Origin: Azolla caroliniana
Lineage: Eukaryota > Plantae > Polypodiophyta
Assembly: GCA_043228905.1 (NCBI GenBank)
Contig: JBHGNT010000382.1
Location: 1 to 29,993 of the forward strand
DNA: 29,993 bases
Direction of reading: 5' to 3'
The notes under the pieces were generated by a model. That model was not told the DNA's origin. It ran no database searches and saw only the letters and a list, made by a program, of their open reading frames with translations. The translations under genes and the position numbers were made by a program. Positions 11,084 through 19,904 of the stretch are shown here, in pieces; position 1 is the stretch's first letter, and each line of letters opens with the position of its first letter.

Positions 11084-11552
11084 AAAAATAGCGATTACTT
11101 AATGGTTTTTTTTTTGCTGAGCAAGCAAAAAAAAAATCATTTAGTGATTCTTGCAATTAAACTTTTGATGCACTCTTTCCTCCACGTACGGAGCATGCTC
11201 CTGAGTGATTTTATGGGCGGATAGCGGGAATCGAACCCGCGTCATCTCCTTGGCAAGGAGATATTTTACCATTCAACTATATCCGCAGATTTTCCTATCA
11301 CTTTTATTGTACACTCCATCGCAGGCTTAGTATATAGTAACCTCTGCAAGTCATTCGGCTTCTTGATTAGCTGCTTGACTCGATCGGGTTGCGGGCGAGG
11401 GGACCCACTCGCCCTCTCCCCCGAGATAGATTGAGGCGAAAAAGCTACTCCGTAACTTCTTTTTAGAGTAGATTATATCTTAACTATATTTATTGCGTCT
11501 CTACCCGCGATAGTAAGTTCCGGAGAACTGGGATTATTAATCATTGGGAAAT
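11084..11552. other. Plastid-derived insertion (NUPT) of about 470 bp inside Copia B gag; boundaries approximate
   Basis: Non-retroelement sequence that interrupts gag. It contains a plastid-type trnG-GCC and a T10-GCT/AGC-A10 hairpin at 11106-11136. Confidence 0.8.
11216..11286 (-). tRNA. trnG-GCC: tRNA-Gly(GCC), plastid type
   Basis: GCGGATATAGTTGAATGGTAAAATATCTCCTTGCCAAGGAGATGACGCGGGTTCGATTCCCGCTATCCGCC. The acceptor, anticodon and T stems all pair, and it closely resembles land-plant plastid trnG-GCC as I recall it. Confidence 0.93.
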
Positions 11553-12023
11553 ACGTCCGAATGCGTGTAGAGCATGTGGCCTTCCGAGGCGTTCCTCCTC
11601 GTTCGAACATGGTTTTATTCAAACAACAACAGAGATTGAAGATTGAAGAAGGAGGGTGGATTCTCCTGTGCTAGTATGGCGGTCCGCATCATGCCGAATC
11701 GTGGTGCAAGGCTGCTGAGGCATATTTGCACCATCTCATCCTCGTCGACATTGACGCTTATCGAGAAAAGTGAGTCGCAAAGCTCCTTGATCTTCAAGGT
11801 GTAGCTTGTGATGAACATATCCCTTTGTTGGATGTTGTTCAACTCTTGGCGGTGTTGAAGCTTTCTCGCGGTAGTGTTGGCAGCAAAAATCTTTCGTAGA
11901 TTTTCCCACGCTTCCTTCGGCGTCTCGGCTTCTCGAATGTACCCGAGCATGTGGTGGTGAACACATGTCGCAAGCAATACATCACTCGGGTTGCCGCTTG
12001 CTCCCACGTTGCATAGTCAACGT

Positions 12024-12887
12024 TGTCGCGTTATTACGCATGTGCATATAGAAGGGGCGGGGCCACGGGGGTCTCGAATGAGAGAGGAAGGGATGGCGAG
12101 AAACCGACTCCGGACACGTCCCGGAGGCAACCGAACACGAGAGAGAGATAGAGAGAGGAAAGAAAGCATGCGCGCGCGGCACCGACTCTTATGCATAGGA
12201 AACAAGGGGCTGTGCTCCTGACACCACCAAATACACCAATATGCACAAACAGTTACGAGTATGTATATTACAAGGGAAAGAATACAACCCCAGGGGTCTC
12301 GAATGAGAGAGGAAGGGATGGCGAGAAACCGACTCCGGACACGTCCCGGAGGCAACCGAACACGAGAGAGAGAGAGAGAGAGAGAGGAAAGAAAGCATGC
12401 GCGCGCGGCACCGACTCTTATGCATAGGAAACAAGGGGTTGTGCTCCTGACACCACCAAATACACCAATATGCACAAACAGTTACGAGTATGTATATTAC
12501 AAGGGAAAGAATACAACCCCGGCTTCGAGCCGGGTACGCTCAGAAGAAGTGAAGTTAACCCTAACAGCTTTGCCGCCATGGACGCGACGCCCGACTTCTC
12601 AAAAAGGAGGAGAAGAAGAAGAATAGGAAGTAACTAACCTTAGAAAACTCTTAACAAAAGACCCTCGACAAAAACGTATACCCCTATGTCTCAAAATGGG
12701 CAACCCCATACAAGAGACCCCTCCCTTCCTTTTATAGCCCAAGGAGGGAGGAACGTTACAATGTGGGATCAATACTCCCCCTTTATTCTATACACCATTT
12801 TCCTACTATACATGTGCACATGTTGCACACCACCGACTTGCCCTATTCTACCCCGATTTCACACTATAGCCGGAAATCTTCACAACA
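12024..12887 (-). repeat. 3' LTR of G (864 bp) with an internal tandem duplication of about 225 bp
   Basis: It matches 15986-16625, and the unit 12068-12292 is repeated at 12293-12521. A PPT-like GGTGGTGGTGGA is adjacent at 12888-12899. Confidence 0.92.
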
Positions 12888-13534
12888 TCCACCACCACCA
12901 AACCGCACATCCACTGGTATGTGCCAAGGAAGAAAAAAGGGTGAGAGATTTCGGCGACGGTGATCAACCGGGTCTTTCGCCTTACTAACACTCGACCGTC
13001 TCGCCGGCTCCTTGCCAGTCCCGACCCATCTCTCCATCCGATCCACCACGTCCTCCGCACGCACCTTCTTCTTCGACCGGCCTTCTCGAACACCGTTACC
13101 AATTCGGTCTCTCTTCCTTCGCCCATGTTGTGCATGCCGCCCCTTTAGTCCTGCTTTGATTTCGGCCCTTGATGGTTACTCGCACGATCCTTCTTCAGCT
13201 TTGGGTGTGCCTTTCCAGCCCGGCACACTGCTTCATGCTCGCCTTGCTGGCGCTTCGGAAACCGTAACCAACCGGTAAAGGCTTTGCACCCCGACTACCC
13301 CGTCTTGCCGGCTTTCGTTGTTGCCGGGTCCCGTTTCCCGCCGCCACCATCTTCCTCCTTGGTCTTACATCACATCGCTGGCTTGTACTGCCAGGGTCTC
13401 CGGATTCGAACTCCATAGGATAGGCTTCCTTTATCCTCATGAGCTTGTCGGAAGGTCTATTTCGGTTTGTGGCCGTCTCACCGGCCCGATGCCTCCTTGC
13501 CGCTCTGCCTTCATCAACTGATCACGTTCTCCTG

Positions 13535-13985
13535 CCGCCACCGTGGTTTCCTTTAGGGCTCACGCCGGCACTCGGGCCGACCGTCGGATCGGTGCGAGGA
13601 TCTCTGTGGGACCTCCCCCTTTGCCGCCTCAGTTGCCCGCCTTGCCGTTGCCACCGTTATTCCCTCTTGGTCTCACGCCAGCTCTCGGGCCGACCGCCGG
13701 AGTGTCTTAGAACCGGTGTGTGTAAGGTCGCGGCGACATCGCTTACCGTTTTCCTCTTGCCTCTTTTGCTGGTCACGTTCACCTACCGCCACCGATCTCT
13801 CCTATAGGACTCACTCCGGCACTCGGCCCGATCGCCGGATTGGTGTGAGGATCTCCGCAAATCGCCCCTCCTTTCCCTTCGCGTTCCCGCAAACCGCCCC
13901 TCGCCGCCACCATTCATCACTCTAGGTCTCACGCCGGCTCTCGGGCCGACCGCCGGAGTCTCTAGAATCGGTGTGAAGGATCCTC
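13535..13985. repeat. Degenerate GC-rich tandem repeat (four units of about 120 bp) in the interior of G
   Basis: Recurring CCGCCACC...CTCACGCCGGCACTCGGGCCGACCG..GGA..GGTGTGAGGATC. A further diverged unit lies near 14210-14285. Confidence 0.75.
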
Positions 13986-14743
13986 CTCGGACTCATTGTA
14001 TATCGAACCCTTATCCCGGGTCATCTTTCTCCGCAAGTTGAGAGGGTGGCTTGTTCCACACCCTCCCTCGTGGTACTGTCGTATCGTGTTCCCGGTCTCT
14101 TTGTAGGCCTGCATCTTCCTCCCTTCCGGATCGGTTATCCAGAAGTCCGCCGCACCCGGTTCTTGTCCGGGTCCGACCGTTACTCCACATTGCCGGGTCC
14201 CGTTCTCCTGCCGCCACCGTCAGTATCTTGGTCTTATATCGGATCCGATGTCGATCGCCGGAGTCTCTAGCCCGGTGTGAGGTGACGCATAGGACCGGTC
14301 TTCGTTCTCCGCTTCGTCGCTTGTACTTCTCCCTCCATCTCTCTTCTCTTCCGGACTCACGTTGCCACGCCATTCGAACTGCCAAAGTCTCCGGTCAAGA
14401 TGTGGGGTAACTGATCGCATAACGACTCCTGACAACTCATCCCAGGCCACTGACCCTTTTAGTGGTGTCGGTGGATAGCATCTGCTCTGGGCTTGATTCT
14501 CCAATGTCCGGCTTTCAATTCCCGACCTTCGCCCGGTCGGTCTTTCTCCCCATGTAAAAGAGGGCGGCTCGTTCCGCACCCTCTCTCGTATCGGCGCCTT
14601 CATGCTGATTCTGTCCCCGATCGAACAATCCACGACCGGATCACGCTCCACCCGAATCGGAGCGCCGCGCGGTTCGGTCCCCGGTTGGGTCGTTTCTTGG
14701 TCTCTTCGTCGACCTTCTCCCATCCATCTTCATTGGCATCGTG

Positions 14744-15960
14744 CTAGGACTCCTCGATACTGTCATCCATCTCCTCGGTCTCACGTGGGCATAAGGGCCC
14801 GAATGCTGAGATCTCTGGAATCGGTTCCGAGGGCTTTTGTCCGTTCCTTCCTCGTATCATCTCGCTGGTGATCCTTGGTCTCACGCCACCGCCTTCCTCC
14901 TCTTGGGACTCAAGTGGGCACTCGGGCCCAACTGCCATCATCTCGGGAGCAAGTGTGGGAAGACGCGAAGAATTGCCTATCCATTTTATGCCCATGTATG
15001 TAGCCACCGGTTCCTCGTGGTCGGTGGACGTTCCCTTACCGATCGCACAAGCCCCGCCTGGGCTTGCTTCTCCAATGTCCGGAGCCTCGGGCTGTCGTGC
15101 CTGAAACCGCCGGTCCCAATGTTCCGATTCTGCGATCTGTATCTCGTCCTTGTCCTCGACCGTTCTATCTCTGCTATCCGAGAGGGCGTTTTGTTCCACA
15201 CCCTCTCCCATGGTACCATCGTACCGATCTTCTACTATCTCGTGGGGCAAGTTCGTCTCCTCGGCGTCGTCTCGTGGCCTCGATCTTTCCTCTTCCTCAA
15301 GCATTGCCTCGAGAGCTGCGTACGCCTCCGCAATCCTGGCCCCGAAGCCAAGCCTTGCCGACTCTCTTTGTCGTTCGGCCTCTTCCCGCTGTGATGGCAC
15401 GCCGTCGCACGCCTTCCTCTTAGCCTTCTCGGCTCACTCGTCATCTAGCCGCTGGCATACCCTTCCAACCTTCGACCAATCCTCCGTAAGGCCATTCGCT
15501 CCGTGCTCGTCTTTGAGCTGAATCCCGATGACCTCCCGTTCTGCTCGGTCGATTGACCTAACGAACAACAGGACTTTGTCCGCCCCCACCAACCTTGCTC
15601 CCCGGTAGGCCTTCACCGATGCCACCCACTGGTCGAAGCCGCGTCATCCCCGGCTCTTCCATTGTCCTCTATATGCCTGTAGCAGTGCCTCTTCGAAGGC
15701 CTCCCACGAACTATGAGCTTCTCGGAGCTCCTTCACTTCCGCCTCAATGCCTCGTCTATGTTTCGCTCCTCCATTTTTGCATTGTAGGCTTCCAAGTAGA
15801 ATGGGACTTTGTCCCCGTTGAAACGGCCGACTCTTTCGACCACTCGCTAAACCGCTTGCTGCACCGTCTCTCTTCTTGTTGTTGCTCGTCCAAACTCCCT
15901 GACCGCCTCGATGAAAAGTTGCCTGAAGTCGTCTTCTTCCAACTCCATTCTCCCTTGCCG
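14744..15960 (-). pseudogene. Degenerate gag-like region of G with an acidic low-complexity tail
   Basis: It lies directly after the PBS. Fragments include FNGDKVPFYLEAY and DKVLLFVRSID..GLTEDWSKV, followed by an E/R-rich ORF at 14744-15400. The call rests on position and weak resemblance. Confidence 0.55.
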
Positions 15961-15963
15961 CCC

Positions 15964-15981
15964 TTCACATCAGGTTCACCA
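15964..15981 (-). other. tRNA-Trp primer binding site of G
   Basis: TGGTGAACCTGATGTGAA versus TGGTGAACCCGACGTGAA, the complement of the plant cytosolic tRNA-Trp 3' end as I recall it. Both mismatches are CpG to TpG. Confidence 0.8.
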
Positions 15982-15985
15982 AAGA

Positions 15986-16625
15986 TGTCGCATTGTTAGG
16001 TGCGTGCATGTAGAAGGGGCAGGGCCACGGGGGTCTTGAACGAGGGAGGAAGGGATGTCGAGAAACTGACTCCGGACACGTCCCGGAGGCAACCAAACAT
16101 GAGAGAGAGAGAGAGCGAGAGAGGAAAGAAAGCATGCGCGCATGACACCGACTCTTATGCACAGGAAACAAGGGGATGTGCTCCCGACACCACCAAATAC
16201 ACCAATATGCACAAACAGTTACGAGTATGTATATTACAAGGGAAAGAATACAACCCCAGCTTCGAGCCGGGTACGCTCAGAAGAAGCGAAGTTAACCCTA
16301 ACAGCTTTGCTGCCATGGCCGTGGCGCCCAACTTCTCAAAAAGGAGAAGAAGAAAAAGAACAGGAAGTAGCTAACCCTAGGAAACTCTTAACAAAAGACC
16401 CTCAACAAAAACGGTATACCCCTATGACTCAAAATGGGCAACCCCATACAAGACACCCCTCCCTTCCTTTTATAGCCCAAGGAGAGAGGAATGTTACAAT
16501 GTGGGATCAATACTCCCCCTTTATTCTATACACCATTTTCCTACTATACATGTGCACATGTTGCACACCACTGACTTGCCCTATTGCACCCCGGTTTCAC
16601 ACTATAGCCGGAAATCTTCACGACA
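15986..16625 (-). repeat. 5' LTR of G (640 bp)
   Basis: TGTCG...CGACA terminal inverted repeat, PBS 4 nt away, and a TATAAAAGG box on the minus strand near 16466-16474. Confidence 0.92.
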
Positions 16626-16629
16626 ACGT

Positions 16630-16781
16630 CTTCCGGGTCGGGTTGGTTTTCTTGTGCTCCCTTGATGTAACCCCAATAGCCTTGGCAGACAAGGTATTGG
16701 TGCATCTTGTACTCCCAAGATGCAAAGTTGTTTCACTCCAACTTCTCACTAGGGAGAGCTCTCACCATTTGAGTATTCATT
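16630..16781 (-). pseudogene. gag: Copia B gag N-terminus
   Basis: MNTQMVRALPSEKLE*NNFASWEYKMHQYL..GYWGYIKG is a typical Copia gag N-terminal motif. Confidence 0.85.
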
Positions 16782-16935
16782 GTCGATTAAGCTTCCTTTC
16801 TTCTTTTCCTTCTCTCTCGAACATGAGCTATGTAGTGGTAGTACGAAAGCGATGAGCTGGTTCTTCTTGAACGTCGGCGTAGAGCACAACACACGATCAC
16901 GATGAGGCGAGTGGGCTAGATCGAGCTACCAAATT

Positions 16936-16947
16936 GCTTTGATACCA
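16936..16947 (-). other. tRNA-iMet PBS of Copia B (1 mismatch)
   Basis: TGGTATCAAAGC directly abuts the 5' LTR. Confidence 0.9.
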
Positions 16948-17396
16948 TGTAAAGAATCGATGGTGATTCTTGTGTAGCGGAAGAGATGTGTGTTATGTGT
17001 ATGTGTGAAAGGAATTAGAGGAGAGATGAGAGAACACAAGATAGATAGAAAAAGGAATACTCAAGAAGAAGGTGTATATTTCATAAGTAAATAAGAATTA
17101 CAAAATGTAGCATAATAAGGAGTCACAACCAACTTAGTATGAAGTATGAGGAGGATGCTTTATATAGAGTCACCCTCTCTCTTCATTAACTTTACAACAA
17201 CCACTCTCACTCTTGGGGAATGTAAAGACTCATAGTCATGGGGAATATGTAACTTTGTTTATGTGTCATAGAATATGATTCTATGACACATAGTTAATGT
17301 GTAGAGAGTAGTGGTGTGACTGTTGACCTTTGAGTAATCATGGATTCTCAAAAGGTGTGTTCATACGTTGCACTATGTTGACCTTGATTCTCAACA
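16948..17396 (-). repeat. 5' LTR of Copia B (449 bp)
   Basis: Direct repeat of 6948-7399, with roughly 25-30 differences counted by eye. Confidence 0.95.
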
Positions 17397-17543
17397 TGTA
17401 TAGTGGAATCTTTGTTCCCGTGGTTTTTCCGTTTAGGGTTTCCACGTAAAACTGTGTATTCCGTGTATCTGGTGTGTATTTGCGCGATATTGTGTATTTC
17501 ACAATCAGTTTTTCTCATGTGAAGAAGAGAGTGAAACTGAACA

Positions 17544-17782
17544 TAATTGACCTTGTACACCCATATGCATCCGATCGGCTTCACACCCTTGGGGGCGTCA
17601 ACCAAGTCTATTAGCGCGCGCATCCTTTCTTCCATGGCAGCATGCCAATTCGCATCCTTCGCTGCCTCTATGTAGCTTTCCGGCTCACGCATCTCTGCCA
17701 CCTTTGCCATATACAGATAGTGATGGGCCATATGGTCGTCATAACCGTAAGAACGAAAAGGTTCTTTTGGCAGGCGGATCGG
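17544..17782 (-). pseudogene. pol: Copia E fragment (IN-RT linker and RT start), related to B
   Basis: YGYDDHMAHHYLYMAKVAEMREPESYIEAA..W..AMEE..DLVDAPKGVKPIGCIWVYKV parallels FGYNNYMAYHYAFMMKVA in B. Confidence 0.85.
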
Positions 17783-19452
17783 TTGTTGACTTGCAACTGT
17801 CCACACAGCCGGCGAAGTCTGAGTCGGTGTAACCGGCTACGCCTGAAGTTGAGTTCGGACCGAAAAGGATGTCGTGGTCTTTTGTGCCAGCTAAATATCT
17901 GAACACATGCTTGACTGCGTTCCAATGAGATCAGCCGGGATTGTGCATAAATCTACTGATGACTCCTACGACGTGAGAAATATCAGGCTGTGTCGTGACC
18001 ATCGCGTACATCAGAGAGCCTACTGCCGGTGCATACGGTACCGACTTCATGTCTTCCCCCTCCGGACCGGATGTCGGGCAGTCTCGCTGAGAAAGCCGAA
18101 GATGAATGGGGAGCGGGGTCAAAGCAGACTTGGCCGATTGCATGTTGAAGCGTTCCAAGACACGTCCGATGTAGTCGGTTTGAGACAAAAAAAGCTGTCT
18201 TTTGGCGCGATTCCGACTAATCTTCATTTCGAGTATGTGTCTTGACAGACCGAGGTCCTTCATGGCAAACTTCAATCGCAATTTTCGAACGAGTTCGGTG
18301 AGCTCTCCGGTATGCCGACCGGAGAGTAGCATGTCGTCCACGTAGATGATGAGGAAGACGGGAGAACCGTCTTGAGTTGTTTTGGTGAAGAGGCAGTGGT
18401 CCTCATCGCTCTTGGAGAAGCTGACCGACTGGATGAAATCGTTGAACTTCTTGTACCACTATCGAGGTCCCTGTTTCAGGCCGTAAAGACTCTTCCTGAG
18501 TCGGCAGACTAGATGTTCCTGACTGGTGGCCACAAAGCCTTTCGGCTGCTCCATGTAGATTTCCTCCTTTAGATCACCGTAGAGGAATGCCGTTTTCACA
18601 TCTAGCTGAATCAGCTCCAAATTGTCGGCGGCCACAACACCGAGCATGAAACAAAGGGTTGTCATTTTCACCACTGGTGAAAAGATTTCGTCGAACTCGA
18701 CGCCATATTCCTGTCGAAATCCCTTCGCAACTAATCTAGCCTTGTACTTTGGGGTGGTCAAGTCGGACGTCTCCTTTAGTCTATAGACCCACTTGCAAGG
18801 AAGAGCACGTCTATTCTTTGGTAAGTCGACCAAATCCCAAGTCTTGTTGGCGCGGATGGAGTGCATTTCCGACTCCATTGCCAGATGCCAGGTGGCTGAA
18901 TCGGCAGCTGCCGATGCTTCTTCATAGGACGTCGGTTCGCCAGCGTCGGTGAAGAAAATTCCGGGAGAGTACCTCTCCGGAGGTTGCGACAGTCTCTCAG
19001 ATCTTCGAGGTATGACTGAACTGGTCGCACCGGGTGTCAATGTCGGATGGTCGGAAGCCGATCCATTCGGCTGTGCCGAATCTGTGGATTCGGTGCGAGA
19101 GAAGTCGGTTACCCGTGAAACCGGTCTCCTGTTGTGTGATGGGCCATCATGAAGGGTTGGCACTTCAGAAAATATTACCCTTCGGACTTCAATAGGCCTT
19201 TCAGCCGTTTTGTGCATAGTCGACTCGTTGAACACGACGTCCGAACTTCGGACGATTTGCCTGTGCTCAGGGTCCCAGAGTCAGTATCTGATCTCGCCGT
19301 CGGGTCCGTACCCGAGGAAAACGCATTTCCTTGATCTCGGTTCCAGCTTTCGGCGGTCGTCTTTCGGTATGAGGGCGTATGCCTCGCAACCGAAAATCCT
19401 TAGCTTATCATAATTCGGCTTTCTGCCAGTCCATATTTCCTGAGGTATCTTA
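17783..19452 (-). pseudogene. pol: Copia C integrase C-terminus, RT and start of RNase H
   Basis: Motifs TWDLVDLP, KARLVAKG, QLDVKTAFL, SLYGLKQ, YVDDML and DLG. There is a premature TAG at 18459-18461. Confidence 0.93.
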
Positions 19453-19891
19453 TGTCAGGAATAGTACTAAAACAGAGATGGAATTAGTACTAAGAACAAC
19501 AGTACTATTAGTACTAAGAGGACGGGACTGCGTAAGATTCCCGAGAGAGGAAGTGAGAAGAGGAGAGAGAGAGAGATAGCGAGAATGAGAGAGAGAGAGA
19601 GATGATGACAACAACTATATATTATGTGAAAAGATAAGTACAAGCGGCTAAGAGGCTTAAGACTGGCGTTGAACCAATTTGGTTCAAAACAATGCCTTGT
19701 GCCTCCTTTTATAGTGTTTTTAGGAATAATCTTGAAGCTTCTAGAATGTTCCAGAGAGATCTGGAATATACATCAATTTTCTATGATAAAGTATAAATGA
19801 AAATAATATCCTACAAAATACAATTCCTAATCTAATGGTAAGAGCTCGACCCATGTAGCATAAAGTCATGGGTTCGAGTCTTGCCATGACA
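19453..19891 (-). repeat. 3' LTR of the chromovirus
   Basis: TGTCA...TGACA termini, matching 24700-25138. Confidence 0.97.
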
Positions 19892-19904
19892 CTATCTCCC
19901 CCTT
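19892..19904 (-). other. Polypurine tract of the chromovirus
   Basis: AAGGGGGAGATAG on the minus strand, immediately before the 3' LTR. Confidence 0.9.

Larger units (their letters stand above)
10731..12023 (-). pseudogene. gag: Copia B gag, central and C-terminal part, interrupted by the plastid insert
   Basis: EAWENLRKIF..ELNNIQQ..LKIKELCD..PSFFNLQSLLL, and a decayed zinc knuckle CRYCG..H..C near 10855-10895. Confidence 0.85.
12024..16625 (-). mobile_element. Non-autonomous LTR element G (gag-like only, TR-GAG/LARD-like), tRNA-Trp primed, 4-bp TSD
   Basis: LTRs at 12024-12887 and 15986-16625, TSD ACGT at 12020-12023 and 16626-16629; host gag rejoins as PDPEDVDYATW. I recognised no RT or integrase motifs in the 3.1-kb interior. 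Confidence 0.9.
6948..17396 (-). mobile_element. Complete but degenerate Ty1/Copia element B, containing two nested insertions
   Basis: LTR pair at 6948-7399 and 16948-17396, TSD TGTAT at 6943-6947 and 17397-17401, PBS at 16936-16947, PPT at 7400-7410. Domain order is gag-PR-IN-RT-RH. Confidence 0.95.
5543..17543 (+). mobile_element. Solo LTR H, split into 5543-5718, 6655-6947 and 17397-17543 by later insertions
   Basis: TGTTAGG...GAACA termini and a near-TSD CAATT (5538-5542) / TAATT (17544-17548); the flanks rejoin into one RT frame. It is homologous to the LTR of Copia D (GTCCCTCC start, TAAATAGCC, AGTATAAATA, CCCGTGGTTTTTCC..GGGTTTCCACGT). Confidence 0.8.

Noticed and set aside
11214-11216. 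Encoded CCA suggesting a reverse-transcribed tRNA
   Set aside because: The first C is the discriminator base, and the tRNA sits within spacer-like flanks on both sides, which fits a DNA-level insertion.
12557-12564. AACCCTAA as an interstitial telomere repeat
   Set aside because: It is a single unit within an LTR, not an array.
13535-13985. Repeat-and-spacer pattern as a possible CRISPR array
   Set aside because: The repeats are degenerate, the intervening sequences are partly homologous to each other, there are no cas genes, and the context is a eukaryotic retroelement.
16142-16855. 237-aa plus-strand ORF and similar ORFs at 11982-12988
   Set aside because: They run through LTR sequence and across insertion junctions and have no recognisable motif, so they are probably chance ORFs.
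19828-19891. Calling the LTR cassette a functional tRNA gene
   Set aside because: The acceptor and anticodon stems do not pair. Only the promoter-like boxes and their spacing remain.
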